Counted from the stretch's first letter, positions 36,648 to 50,005 are shown. The stretch is 64,000 nucleotides of DNA from Felis catus (GCF_018350175.1 NC_058373.1:104100001-104164000); one strand, 5' to 3'. Notes: generated by a model from the sequence alone, not told the origin. A program made the numbers and translations.

Positions 36648-37337
36648 CAGGATAGCCTCTTTTATCATGCCTAGGAGAGCAACATACAACAATGGGCCCA
36701 AGAGAAGCCCTTTGCTGGCTACTTCGAATATTTGGGCTCTGAGTCACTGCTGAGGGTGTCACCATTAAGTGCAAGAGTATCAACTGTTTTGGAACAAATG
36801 CGCCAGCTCATGGTAGAGAGGCCCGCTCTCTGGGAGCCACTGTATTGAGATTCTGCCGCTGACTCTCATCTAGATCGTGAACAAATATTCCCCTCTGCTG
36901 TGTGCCCCTTCCTCCCATCATTTTCCTAAATTGCTTTTTTTAAACTTTTAATTTCCCTTCAAATACAGTGAACATGCCATTTGATGTTCCCACAAGCTCA
37001 CACTGGATACTATGGAGATGAACTGAAGATTTTATCACTATTCATCGTTCACGGACACAAAAATAATCAGCAAAATAAAAGCATGCCAAAGAGTAGAGAA
37101 CTCTGAGTTGGTGGTATATTGTGAACCAGACAAGGGACTCCTCTTAATCAGATCGTTAGAGAATGGCCCCGAGATTTAGTTTGAATTTAGATGCTGAGAA
37201 CTCCTATAGCGTAAGGCACACTCATATATGAAGGACATTGAAACACAATCTGATACTTTTCCATTGGTATGCAGGCTGTGATGTCATTTTAAATAGTGTG
37301 TGAAGTTCAAATGCTTGAGATGTTTGCTGTATAAATC

Positions 37338-37366
37338 AATAATAATAATAATAATAATAATAATAA
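37338..37366. repeat. (AAT)n microsatellite
   Basis: Seen directly. Confidence 0.95.
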
Positions 37367-38055
37367 CTGCATATTTATCCACTAGGCTACCTGGAATATA
37401 GTCATGTTATTTTACTCAGCATTCAGGGAAATGCAGGGTTTTCATTTTCTTGCTCTTTTTGGAAGGAAGCATACTGCTGAGACTATTAAAGAAAATGCAA
37501 ATCTCCTGGCTGTTTGGGAAGGCTCCAAAAGAGTGAAAGTGAGCAGTTGTTACCAGCGGTGTTTGGATGAAAATGTAAAAATCTTTGTCTTTAAAAATGT
37601 TTGTTTAACTGAGGAGAGTTTACACAGCTTGTAGAGAATTATAGTGGAAGAAATTACATTTTGCTTCTATTTTTCATCATCCATTTTCTCCACCTGCCAA
37701 TTGTCCCCATTTTAGTCTGTTGGGGCATTAATGATGCTTAAAATGATCAAAGAAATGATCAGAGAGAAATAAAACACACACACACTTCTTATTAAGATGG
37801 GAAAGAATAAATTTAGCTCAAAATCAGAAATTTGCATCCTTCCTGGTCCACACACATTCAGAATAATTTCTTCTAAAGTAAATATGTCAATCAGATTTAT
37901 ATTCTGCTTTCTCCCTGCCCGTGGCTAATGAACTTGGCAGAGAATATTTAGATAGTTCCTAAAACCACTGACCCTTGGCAAGCACAGAACTCTAAGGGAC
38001 CCTATAAATGCTCAGTAAATATTTGTTGACTAAATTTTAAAAAGTAAATGCTTAT

Positions 38056-38258
38056 GGGGGCACCTGGGTGGTTCAGTCAGTTGAGCCTCAGGACTTCAGC
38101 TCAGGTCATGATCTCACGGTTCATGGGTTCGAGCCCCACATCGGGCTCTGCACTACAGTGCAGAGCCTGCTTTGGATCTTCTGTCCCTGCCCATCTCTGT
38201 CCCTTCCCCACTTGAGCTCTCTCTCTCTCTCTCTCTCTCAAAAATAAATAGTTTTTAG
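38056..38258 (+). mobile_element. Can-SINE
   Basis: Head, CT tract; diverged TSD AAAGT..TGCTTA. Confidence 0.93.
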
Positions 38259-40018
38259 AAAGTGAGTGCTTACCTAAATTAGTGATGAATAATCAATAAT
38301 GGATCATGAATTTAAGTTCTTTTTGGAAAAAAAAAACTACTTGAAACAGAGGTAAGGTAACGAATGTCTAGTTTCCTTTGTAACATTTTCCTGTCTCTCC
38401 CCAGACTCTTCCCTTACTTTCAACCAACCCTAGACATGGACACCACAAGGAGATGCCAATTAATAATGAGTAAGCCAGAATGTACCAGAATGGTCACTTT
38501 GTTCCGAGTTCCTAGGGTCTAATCATGATATTCTCATTAACACTCTCTTCCTGTCATATTAATATAGAAACTATAAATACCAGAAAAGCATATCTACTTA
38601 TTGTACTGAGATGATAATGTGGCCAAAAGGAAAGATACAAAAATACCGCATCAGTCTGTCAAATTATGGTTTATAAGGCCTCTGTTGGTTCCTAAACCAG
38701 ATCATGGGATTCATGTGGTGAAGCTTTTTTAAAAAGCTCATGATTCTCAGGCCCACCCTAAAAAAAAATCTAATTGAGTATGAATGACACCCGGGGATCG
38801 AATTTTTTTTTAACTTCCTTTCTTGCTATCAACTACCTCTGGGATCTATTTCTCCACATTGCAACAGTGCAGTCCTTAAGAAGCATCCAAACACGTGTAA
38901 CAGTTAGATGGAAACATGAATATAGGGGATACGAGTGTATTATAAGAATATATTTGGCTTCCTGTGAAGCAGATGCTTAGCTGACTGAGTTACCGACGAT
39001 GAGATTCTAGATTTCATTCACTTCATGTTGATGGCTCTGTGATGGCCTGGGAAACAACTGACTTGTTTTGAAATAAGCACCTTTCTACTCTATCAAGGTC
39101 AAACCTTTTACTTGATGTACTTAACTAACCATGTAAAATATTACATCAGCAAGCCTACGAGGCACTTAGAGATATATTCACATTTGCATAATGTCCTCTG
39201 TAAGTTAGTCTTTGGTCCTTAAGGGTGTTTAGAATAACTGCATGCAAGAATATACTTAATCCAATCTCATTTTAGCTTTTGCTCTTTTAAGATTTCAAAA
39301 TTAATAAATCCTCCTGATACTCCAAATTACCATGAGCTTTTATAAGCATAACTTTGTAACTTTAACCCATTTATGAACATACCCCACAGGCAAATGTACT
39401 AATGAATAAGAAATAACATTAGAAGTTTAAAAGATGGTCTCTTTATGAAGTAATGTAAGAAAATCCTGTTAGCTGGATCAAGTACAAAAGTGCGATTTCT
39501 TAAAAAATAGAAAATCCGTCACAAAATTACATGTAATTACAATAACCAAAGGATAGAAAGTAAGAATAGTTGAAGTACCATGCATTATTTAACTTAGTAC
39601 ATGTTATCGCTTGCTTGCATATGGATGAAAGCAGGAAGGAAGGAACTGACAAACTGTTTGCCTGTGGCTACAGAAATTGTGGTATTCGTGTCTGACTTCC
39701 TGGTATGTGAATTCTTGACCAAAGCTATCAACACACCTGACAGCCATTACCTGCCCACCCCCTCTCTGCTTTCACACCCTTTTCTCACCGCCTGCCTACC
39801 TCATGGTAAGGTCACACTACCGCGTAAAGGCCGTGCCGGCTGTCTCCTTCAAAGCCAAAAGAAATGGGAAAATCAACTTGATCAACAAAGTAGACGTCTA
39901 CATTGGCAGGGCAACCAAATTAGAAGCCATAGATGGTCATTACCGGCACACTTACCAGGGAAGTTTTACTTGCAAATCATTTGGTAGTGATTTTATTCAC
40001 TCCAAAAATACCGTGACT

Positions 40019-40239
40019 GGGGCGCCTGGGTGGCTCAGTTGGTTAAGTGTCTGACTTCAGCTCAGGTCACGATCTCGCAGTCCGTGAGTTCGAGCCCCGT
40101 GTCGGACTCTGGGCTGATGGCTCAGAGCCTGGAGCCTGCTTCCGATTCTGTGTCTCCCTCTCTCTCTGCCCCTCCCCCATTCATGCTCTGTCTCTCTCTG
40201 TCTCAAAAATAAATAAACGTTAAAAAAAAATTAAAAAAA
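40019..40239 (+). mobile_element. Can-SINE (felid type)
   Basis: Perfect TSD AAAAATACCGTGACT. Confidence 0.97.
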
Positions 40240-40719
40240 AAAATACCGTGACTATCGTATTGCAAAAAAGCCTATTACATGTATCTCTAGTTTACTGATT
40301 AGGACACCGGGGCACTGAGGGGATAAGTTACTTCCCAGTGTCACACAGCCAGTCCCTGCCCGAACAGAAAACAGAATTTAGATTTGCTGAGGTTCTAATT
40401 TTTGATGGTTTACTGAAATGATATCCAAAAAGGGGATGAAATGTCACCAGAAAGAATTTGAAAGGAAGATTGTGAAGAGCAAGAAATGATATTATTAGAT
40501 AAGCTGAATACAGATCGAGAATCCAGCCTATGGACCGTCAGAGTCTTGTGACAGAAGAGAATATTCAGAATATTCGATGAGGTTGAGATCACCAGGAGCA
40601 GTTCAGCACCAGGAAAGGCGGAGCAGTCATGATCCGGTGAATGTTTCCAGGTTGGAAAAGTGGAGGCTGACTTCTGCAGGCCATTCCTGGAAAGACACTC
40701 TCTTATGTTGCTGACAACC

Positions 40720-41770
40720 TTCCTGGGAAGCACTTCGGCAGTGCAAAGTTTATATCCTTTATGTTTAAGTAAAACTGAAATGTGGGCCAAAATGTATGTT
40801 CAAAAGCCGGCCATAGACTTGTTCATATAGTGAAAAATTAGGAGTAACCGTAACCTACAACTGGAAAACAGTAAATTTACATAAGTAATGATGGTAATTT
40901 CATGGCACAAAACATTTAATGTCATGGGCAAGTGCTTTCTCTATAATATTGAGTGAAAAAAATAGAGTAAATCAAAAAGTGATCTCCAATGAACTGTATT
41001 AAAATATTAATAGTGAATGGGCTAAGATGGGGTTAAGTTTCTTGCCATTTTGATATTTTCCAAATTCTCTATAATCAGAAACACAATGAACTTTTAAAAA
41101 TTGCCATGCTGGGTTCTTTTACTCTGTTGATGGAAAGAGGGATTAGCATGATTTGGAGGGCAGGCGTACATGTAGAGATGTTCACTGTAGCGTTATTTAT
41201 AAAAGTAAAAATTAAAAAAAAAACCATGAATGTCTATCAGGAGGAATTGGGCATATTTAAATTAATAATAATAATTATTATTATTTCTGTTTTTATTAGT
41301 AGGTAAAATTTATTGGTTCTTACCATGTGCTAGATGCAGTTCTAAGCACTTCAGATGTCTTAACCTTTTTAATCCCCACCATAACTCTCTGAAATACACA
41401 CTATTATGCTACCTATTTACAGTTGGGATATCACATTCGTGTAATATTCCTCACATACAGCTTCTAAATAATAACGCAGTCTGACGTGTGGACATGGAAA
41501 GATGTCCATGACTATTGTTATGCGAGCAAAGAAAATCATACAAGACAATGTTTAGGATGGTTACCTTTTTTACTGTTTAAACGCGTGTACACAAAAATGT
41601 TTGCAAGCATTTGCACGTGGAAGAAGGTCTGAAATTGCGAACCAAGTTATTGACAGGACTTTCTCCTGGGGAATGAGAGTCTAAGTGATGAAGAGAGATA
41701 GTTTCACATTGTACTTCATATACTTTTAAACTTCTATTTAAAAAATAAATATTTACTCTTGTACTTAAAG
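40720..41770 (+). mobile_element. Old L1ME-like fragments with an intervening reverse MIR (about 41290-41420)
   Basis: GATGTTCACTGTAGCGTTATTTATA and ACATGGAAAGATGTCCATGAC motifs. Confidence 0.55.
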
Positions 41771-42034
41771 TATGATTATAGTTCTAAAAGGCCAAAGAAG
41801 AATAAAATTACCCTATTTTTACTAATATTTAGGAAGACATAATACAACCCAGCTGGAAAACATTCCCCAAACCACCCAACAGAGAGTGACAAGGATAGGC
41901 CAAAAGATGCTTGGAGTTGTCTTAGCCAAGATGACATGGATAAAGAGAGGGCAAAGTTACTCAGAGAAGAATCATAAGTTTGGGAGGTACAAAGAGAACA
42001 AAAGGGCATTTATTAGTAACCAAAATTAATTCCA

Positions 42035-42262
42035 GGTACGTCCGGGTGGCTCAGTCGGTTAAGCATCCAACTCTTGATTTCGGCTCAGGTCATGATCTCA
42101 CAGTTTATGAGGTCGAGCCCCATGTAGGGCTCTGCATTGACAGTGTGGACCATGATTGGGATTTTTTTCTCTCCCTCTCTTTCTGCTCCTCCCCCACCCA
42201 TTCTCTCTCTCTCTCTCTCCCTCTCTCTCAAAATAAATAAATAAATAAACATTAAAAAAAAA
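42035..42262 (+). mobile_element. Can-SINE
   Basis: Head, CT tract, tail; TSD AAAATTAAT. Confidence 0.93.
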
Positions 42263-43188
42263 GAAAATTAATCTGATGATGTGAGATAGTCTATTAACAT
42301 TTGGAACTTGATCTAGTAAGCAACAGGTAACTACTATAAGTTCTAAGGCAAAGAAATGACTTGATAGGTCCCAGAATATTATGGAAATTCACCTTGATGA
42401 TTCAGATGCCTTGGAAGGAGAAGAGCCCATAAGTGGTTGGAACTTTTCAAATACCAAGGCATTAGATAATTAGAACCATGACTAAAAAATGGAGAGGAAG
42501 AGATACATCAGAAGAGTCCCACCTTCAGACCCAGGCAAGAAGGCTGGAATCCCAAGCATTAGAGGGCCCCACATGTCACAAAATTAAAAAAAGATTTTTG
42601 GTAAAGAGCACATGGACACATCTTTCTGGGTTCAATGCTCTGTGCTGGCACAGCACAACCCATAACCCTAAATGTCTACTCTACTAACACTTCTTAGGTC
42701 CCAGGGAAATGCTTTCCCACCTTTCTTGCTCTCAAAGCTCTTAAAGCAAAATGCAGTGCTGTTCAGGCACCTGTGTCCAAACCACGAAGGCTGTCAGTTG
42801 AGATCCTGCCTACATTGGAGGCAAACAATGGAGTACAAGAGGGCTTGAGCAGCAGGAGTACATAGGTTCGAGAAAAGACAATAACTTGCAAAAAGCCTTC
42901 TTCTCAGCATGAATGCAATAAATTCCTGCTTAAAACAAATCTTTTCCTGCTAGCGTTAAGCATCCATTTTCTTGCTTCTCTTTGTGCTCCAGTTTGTGGC
43001 TTAATGTATATTAAAAGCAATTGCACCTGGGAGCTGAAGAACATTTTGCAGTATTAAACAACTATCACCCTTCAGTTTGAGGATCTAGCTATAACAGGTA
43101 TGTAATAACGATTTTTCACTATGGCTAATTATTTCATTTTGACAAGAGCAGTTAATAATATTAAATTCATTTTAAAAAATTAAATATG

Positions 43189-43392
43189 GGGGCGCCTGAG
43201 TGACTCAGTCGGTCAAGCGTCCAACTCTTGGGTTGGCTCAGGTCGTGATCTCATGTCCTGTGGGTTTGAGCCCTGCACTGAGCTCTGTGCTGACAATGCA
43301 GAGCCTGCTTGGGATTCTCTCTCTGCCCCTCTCCTACTTGCACTGTCTCTGTCTCTCTCAAAATAAATAAATAAGCTTTATTAAAAAAAATT
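43189..43392 (+). mobile_element. Can-SINE
   Basis: First of a head-to-tail pair. Confidence 0.93.
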
Positions 43393-43394
43393 AA

Positions 43395-43605
43395 GAGGCA
43401 CCTGGGTAGCTCAGTCAGTTAAGCATCTGACTTCGGCTCAGGTCATGATCTCATGGTTCATGAGTTCAAGCCCCGTGTCAGGCTCTGTGCTGACAGCTCA
43501 GAGTCTGGAGCCTACTTCGGATTCTGTGTCTTCTCTCTCTGCCCCTCCCCTGCTCACACTCTGTCTCTCTCTCTCAAAAATAAATAAAAATGTTAAAAAA
43601 TAAAA
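43395..43605 (+). mobile_element. Can-SINE
   Basis: Second of the pair; TAAATATG flanks the whole pair. Confidence 0.93.
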
Positions 43606-43660
43606 TAAATATGAAGATGAGCTTTATCTGAAAAATTTTACTTTAAAGCATAGAAGTTCA

Positions 43661-43880
43661 GGGGTGTCTGGGTGGCTTACTCAGTTGAGCGTCTGACTTC
43701 GGCTCAGGTCATGAGCTCATGGTTCATGAGTTCAAGCCCCACATTGGGCTCTGTGCTGACAGCTTGGAGACTGGACCCTGCTTCAGACTCTGAGTCTCCT
43801 TCTCTCTTTGCTCTCCCCACCCCTGCTCACACTCTGTCTCTCAAAAATGAATAAATATAAAAAAAATTGTTTTAAAAAAA
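43661..43880 (+). mobile_element. Can-SINE
   Basis: TSD TAAAGCATA(G/A)AAGTTCA. Confidence 0.95.
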
Positions 43881-44030
43881 TAAAGCATAAAAGTTCACCC
43901 TTTGCATTTTGTCCTTTTAACTTCAAAAGATAAATTTGAACATTTTAGAAGAAAATAACTCTTTTGAAAACACATTGAGTAGTAATTTTAATTTTAATTT
44001 AAAAATTAATTTTCATTTTTTTAATGTTTA

Positions 44031-44665
44031 TTTTATTTTTTATTTTTTAAAATTTACATCCAAATTAGTTAACATATAATACAACAATGATTTCAGGAGT
44101 AGATTCCTTAGTGTCCCTTACCCATTTAGCCCATTTCTCCTCCCACAACCCCTCCAATAACCCCCAGTTTGTTCTCCATATTTATGAGTCTCCTCTGTTT
44201 TGTCCCCCTCCCTGTTTTTATTTTATATTATTTTTGTTTCCCTTCCCTTATGTTCATCTGTTTTGTCTCTTAAAGTCCTCATAGGAGTGAAGTCATATGA
44301 TTTTTGTCTTTCTCTGACTAATTTCACTTAGCATAATACCCTCCAGTTCCATCCACGTAGTTGCAAATGGCAAGATTTCATTCTTTTTGATTGCCGAGTA
44401 ATACTCCATTGTATGTATATATATACCACATCTTCTTTATCCATTCATCCATCGATGGACATTTGGGCTCTTTCCATACTTTGGCTATTGCTGATAGTGC
44501 TGCTATAAACATTGGGGTGCATGTTCCCCTTTGAAACAGCATACCTGTATCCCTTGGATAAATACCTGGTAGTGCAATTGTTGGGTCGTAGGGTAGTTCT
44601 ATTTTTAGTTTTTTGAGGAACCTCCATACTGTTTTCCAGAATGGCTGCACCAGCTTGCATTCCCA
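44031..44665 (-). mobile_element. 5'-truncated felid/carnivore L1 3' end
   Basis: [18 protein letters not shown]...CTPMFIAAL; TSD TTTAATGTTTA. Confidence 0.95.
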
Positions 44666-44676
44666 TTTAATGTTTA

Positions 44677-45148
44677 CTTATACTTTAATTTATACTTTTG
44701 CTAAAAATATAACAGTTTACTCCTGTTAATGGAATACAAATTGAGTGAAAATCTTCATTATAGCAACGTATTTGGTGATTTTGCTAAAATGAAGGGAAGA
44801 AAATAAATTTTATGAAATATGTACATGACCTTTGAAATATGTATATCTTTACTTTGTCACTCACCTAAACACTACCAACCTACCAACAAGACGCCCAGCC
44901 ACATGCAATTATAATTCGTTTCAGTTGTCTTTGACATTCTGCCAACTTTCAGTCTCATATATGCCAAGCTGTACTCATATTATTGTGTCATTATGAAGGT
45001 ATTCTTTGTCCAGGCAAAAGGGATCAGATCTTATTCAATAGTTTGTGAGCTCAATGTTTCATAACTGCTAGGTGTTTTAGACACTAGGTATGTGGACCAC
45101 TATTCTTTTACTCTTGTCCTGGGTCTCTCAAGTGATAGGGCAGTGCTG
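44677..45148 (+). mobile_element. hAT-Tip100 (Arthur-like) 3' remnant
   Basis: Translation LSENLHYSNVFGDFAKMKGRK* resembles a hAT transposase C-terminus; terminal CTCTTGTCCTGGG...AGGGCAGTGCTG. Confidence 0.55.
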
Positions 45149-46384
45149 GATTCCAGAAACATTGAAAAGGAAGATCTAAAATAGGATATGGGGGGCAAAG
45201 GAAATGGAGACAATAAGGATAAAAAAAAAAAGATTATGAATCTGGTGGTCTCACCAACAAAAAGAGGGAAGTTGGAGGGGGCAACTTGAATCCACCCGTC
45301 CTGTCATGAAGTCCAGTGAGCATGAATAGTTGCAACCAGTCATAAATCTGAAGTCATAAACTAAGGAACTACAAATTCAAAATCAGTACTATCAGTCAGG
45401 AACAATGGGAGGATGACTGTGGTATCATCCCTGGGAAGACACCACTTGAACAGCAGTCCCCGATGGGCCTCAGCTGGAGTGAACAGCCATGTTCACTCTG
45501 TTGGGTGGAATCAGATTTAGGCATTTCTATTACGGACAATTCCCGAGTGGTTCTATAAGAAAGATTTCGGAAACACTAGCATTACTTCAGAATTCCTGAG
45601 TCACATCATGGGGTTGCTTAGAAACAAGTTTTATTAAATGAAATCTCTAGATCTTTTCTGTTCCTGTTCTCTGAAAATCATTTCCTTTTCTCTTAGGCAG
45701 GCTATACATCTGGGCATTGTCTCGCATGATGTGGACTCAGTTGACCTCATCTTCATGCTCCCTCCATTTTGTATGAAGACTACAAATTTTTTCTCTGAGG
45801 TTGCCTGACACTTTAGAAAAAGGAAGCACCCACTGTCTGCCTGACCTCTCAGGTCTATGACTCAATAGGTCAGTTTTTCTTTCTCACCACATTTACTACA
45901 CAGGTGGTCACAGCCAATGGCTGTGGTGGCTGCACACTGACTATTTTCGTAGCCTCAGTCCCGCTGGTCCGATTGATCTCAGTCTCCTCTGACTTTCTCC
46001 TACATGAGGCAGGTTTTGACCATATCCAGGTGATCCCTGCAGATTTGAGTGGAGAAAGAAGAGGATCTCAGCAAAAAACAGGAGGAAGACAACCATCACC
46101 CAAAGAGATGACTTAGTTTTTTTTCCTTCCTTTCAGACCCTTCTCTCCCTATCCTACCCTCAGCCACCACCACACAAATCTTCAGGAATCTCCCAGGGCC
46201 AAAGTAACACTTTCTGCAACTCTGAGCCACACAGGGCACTCTTTCAATACTATTAAACCTTTTAACAGACTGTCCTGTTTATTGTATGAGGTTAAGATGT
46301 AATATCCTGAAACTTTACTCACATTCAATTTATGTTGTTTTTTAAAATTCAGTTCAAGTCAATGAATCATTTCTGGAATAAGGC

Positions 46385-46555
46385 TTTTTTTTGGGGGGGG
46401 GGGAAGAGGGGTAGAAAGAGAGAGGGAGAGAGAGAATCTTAACCAGCCTCCACACCCAGCTTGAGCCGGACATGGGGCTCAATCTCACCGCTGTGAGACC
46501 ATGACCTGAGCCAAAATCAAGAGTCAAACACTTAACCTACTGAGCCACCCAGTAG
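46385..46555 (-). mobile_element. Can-SINE (diverged)
   Basis: CATGACCTGAGCCAAAATCAAGAGTC...TGAGCCACCCAG. Confidence 0.88.
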
Positions 46556-47537
46556 CCAACCCAGTTTGGGCTCTTTGCCATATAGAATTGGAGGAAGGAA
46601 TAGACAGGGGATCCAAAAGAAAGAAGAGAGTGGGGAAAAAATCTTGCTAGCCATGCTGTTTCCATTGCTTGCCCTTGTTGAAAAAAAAAAAGAAATCTAG
46701 GAGATGGGAAAAGCTGAAAGAAAACTTTTTTTTAAAAAAGAAGCATGAATGGTTTAATTGGTCCACACTGTAAAGAACAGAAAATACCCCAGTATGAGGT
46801 GTCTGGAAATTATTTCTGAGATCGAGGTGATAACTGAGAGTCTAGAACTGCTGCAGGGTGTGGAAGAAGTGAGAAAGGGAGAGGGGATTTTTTTTGTCAG
46901 TGTGGGATACGAAATATACCTCCTAAAATGTTCTTTAAATAATTCAAGTAAGAATTAGAATTCCTTTAAACGTCTGTGGTTGCTGGGCTTCTCAAGAATA
47001 TAACTCCACACGGAGTCTGGGCTACTTTGGCTTTAGTTAATATTTAAATTCCATAATTATATAAGCCTCTGGCTGGAAAGGTATTATCAACTCCTTTTTA
47101 CATCCCACCGGGTGATGGCTCTCTAAACAGAAGGAAGAGCAGGGGCAAAGGCACAGAAATCTGTTTAGGCAACAATGAATGTTCTAGTTGTTGTAGAGAT
47201 GACTCCTCAACACCTCAGATGAACTTAATATCTCCCATTGACACGATTTCCTTCTGTTTCCCTCTTAGGAATCTTTCAAACCCCACTTCAAATAGAATTT
47301 CAAAAGGATGGCCTTTTTCTAACTGGAAAAAATAATGTAGGAGGGCTTGCTACCTTCCTTGACCTGAGAGTAGGCCTACAAATGTTATTTGTGGATAGAT
47401 CACTGGAGCTAAACATTATTTATTTTAGCAATATTTTGGTGTGTTTGTGTATGTTTCACAATAAAAAGGTTAAAAATTATTAAAAGCTTTTCTTTCTGCT
47501 GTGTTGGTAACTAATAATTGAGACTCAAAATGCTGGA

Positions 47538-47750
47538 GGGGTGCCTGGGTGGCTCAGTCGGTTGAGCATCTGACTTCCGCGCAGGTTATGATCTCACAGT
47601 TTATGAGTTTGAGCCCCATGTCGGGCTCTATGCTGACAGCTCAGAGCCTGGAGCCTGCTTGGAGTTCTGTATCTCCCTCTCTTTGCCTCTCCCCTGTTCA
47701 CACTCTGTCTGTCTCTCTCTCAAAAATAAATAAACATCAAAAAATGTTTT
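47538..47750 (+). mobile_element. Can-SINE
   Basis: Head, CT tract; TSD AA(T/C)GCTGGA. Confidence 0.94.
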
Positions 47751-48789
47751 TAACGCTGGAAAAAAAATGAAAGAGTACCTTTATTCCTTTTGACAATCTG
47801 AGAGTTGGGAAACTGCTTCTAAATTTAAAAACATCTACATTTTCACATTCGCTGTTCCTTTCTCACTCAGTTGAGAACATCAGAAAAAGATTGGTTCATT
47901 TTAAAACTACTCATAACATATTTAAAATTTAGCAAAATCTGGAAATATTTTACTAAATATTACCCAGCCCCATTGTTGTCACTTTACTACTGAAATGAAT
48001 ATATATTTTATACACTTAATTAGGTGATCTGGATACTTGCTTATAACTCTGCCATATTGTTTATTATCAAGACGTGTGGATTTCCATCTGTCAGAGTTTG
48101 AAATCAGATTCCAAAACAGGGAGCCTAACTCTGAATAAAAACCCATGGAAATTGTTAAGACCCATTTTCATGAGGATATAATCCAAGTCTAGAAGCAGCC
48201 ACAGTTTATGCCAGATTTGAGGATAAAATCCCTTTTGGTCTGTGAAGAGGGTTGAAATTTTAATCAACTATTTTCTAGCTCATAGAATCCCATATGGTGT
48301 TGGGTCATTTTGAACATGGGAATGCTTTGACATTGCATATCACTTTTGTTTCTCCCCTAAAGAAAAGCCACAACACCCTCTATCTGAAGAGCTGGGTGGA
48401 AGCCACTCCCAAGAGCCCGTTGATATCTGCTGGCAAAGCCACCGGAGCAAGTCACGCGTGAGTAGTTTCCTTGCTAATGTTTTGGCATGCCATGATTATG
48501 CACTGCTAAGTCTTTGTCAGGAATAGACCTGTTGCCAATGTTTGTTGTTCATGCCTGTTGTTATTAATTTTCTCTCTTCCCCTCCCCTATAGCAATCGTG
48601 CTCTGTTGTAAATGGGAAGGAGAACAAGCTAGAAAGCTAACCATTGCCGTCCTTTCCACTGGCTTGCAATAGCAAAAGGAGATGAGATGTAGGAGAGGGA
48701 GAAAGGAGTGTGTCAGCCTCAAGAAAGGAGGCTCATTGGTACGAATTCCTAAGTCTAAAGCCATTGTACTTCACCTTGACTGCTGAAAT

Positions 48790-48945
48790 CACTGGGGATG
48801 ATTTGAAAAGACTGACATCTGGACCTCATAACTTAATGTGCCCGGAGAGAGGCCTAAGTATTAGGATTATTATTTGTTTGTTTACTTATTTATTTTTAAG
48901 TTCATGAAATGATGCTGAGATAAAGTCAAGGTTGAGAACCTCTGC
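48790..48945. mobile_element. MER5/MER20-like hAT MITE remnant
   Basis: Ends CAAGGTTGAGAACCTCTG. Confidence 0.55.
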
Positions 48946-49180
48946 TCTCAACTCAATGAGCCATCACAGTGAGGATCAGCTCTTTACTCATTTCTTATCT
49001 TCCATGCAGACTCGTTGAATTATACCCTCTCAGTTATCATGGGACCACGTTACATTGGAGCCATCCAGGACCTTCAAGATCAGCTAGCCTTGCTTTTGAG
49101 GAAGCAATAACGTGACAGAAAGAGCACTGGACCTATGGCCCAGGACTAGACGGTTCTGTTCAGTTAAATTAACTATGACA

Positions 49181-49375
49181 GGGGCACCTGGGTGGCTCAG
49201 TTGGTTTAGCATCCTACTCTTGATCTCAGCTCAGGTCATAATCTCATGGTTTGGTGAGTTCGAGCCCCATGTAGGGCTCTGTGCTGGCAACACAGAGCCT
49301 GCTTGGGATTGTCTCTCCCTCTCTCAGTCCCTCCTCCCCACCCTCTCAAAATAAGTAAATAAGCATTAAAAAAAA
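49181..49375 (+). mobile_element. Can-SINE inserted in a MIR (about 49100-49530)
   Basis: TSD AAT(T/G)AACTATGACA. Confidence 0.93.
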
Positions 49376-49674
49376 TGAACTATGACAAATCATGAACAAA
49401 TCATGGCATCTCTCTGGGTCTCCTTTCTCTAAGATACTGGACTTTGGGAAATTTAGCGACCATGATGAATACATCTAATTCAATATCAGGAATATATGGT
49501 AATGCATAGTTGCTCAGCAAATACTTTTTTCTTTATTTTTTTATAGATAAGGGCACTGCACCCCAAAAGCATAAGATAATTGCTCAGAGCTCTTTCTATT
49601 ATATCTGAGGCCATCAGCATTTTTCTTGTTTGCACGTGGGTTTTTTACCATTGGTCCAGTTGAAAGCATATCAT

Positions 49675-49902
49675 TTTTTTTTTTTTAATTTTTTTTTTTC
49701 AACGTTTATTTATTTTTGGGACAGAGAGAGACAGAGCATGAACGGGGGAGGGGCAGAGAGAGAGGGAGACACAGAATCGGAAACAGGCTCCAGGCTCTGA
49801 GCCATCAGCCCAGAGCCCGACGCGGGGCTCGAACTCACGGACCGCGAGATCGTGACCTGGCTGAAGTCGGACGCTCAACCGACTGCGCCACCCAGGCGCC
49901 CC
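49675..49902 (-). mobile_element. Young felid SINE (SINEC_Fc-like)
   Basis: Near-consensus, long poly(T); perfect TSD GAAAGCATATCATTT. Confidence 0.97.
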
Positions 49903-50005
49903 GAAAGCATATCATTTAATTCTACCCATCGGTCGCCTCTCATCCCCTTCCTCCATGAAGATACACAACATATAGTCATAAATGTGGTTCAAGAGCATCT
50001 ACAAC

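Noticed and set aside
39601..40054. ORFs of 128 and 83 aa
   Set aside because: No recognisable homology or splice context; the second runs into a SINE.
45697..46015. Two plus-strand acceptor-like sites (45697, 45904)
   Set aside because: Only weak donors follow and no known protein is encoded.
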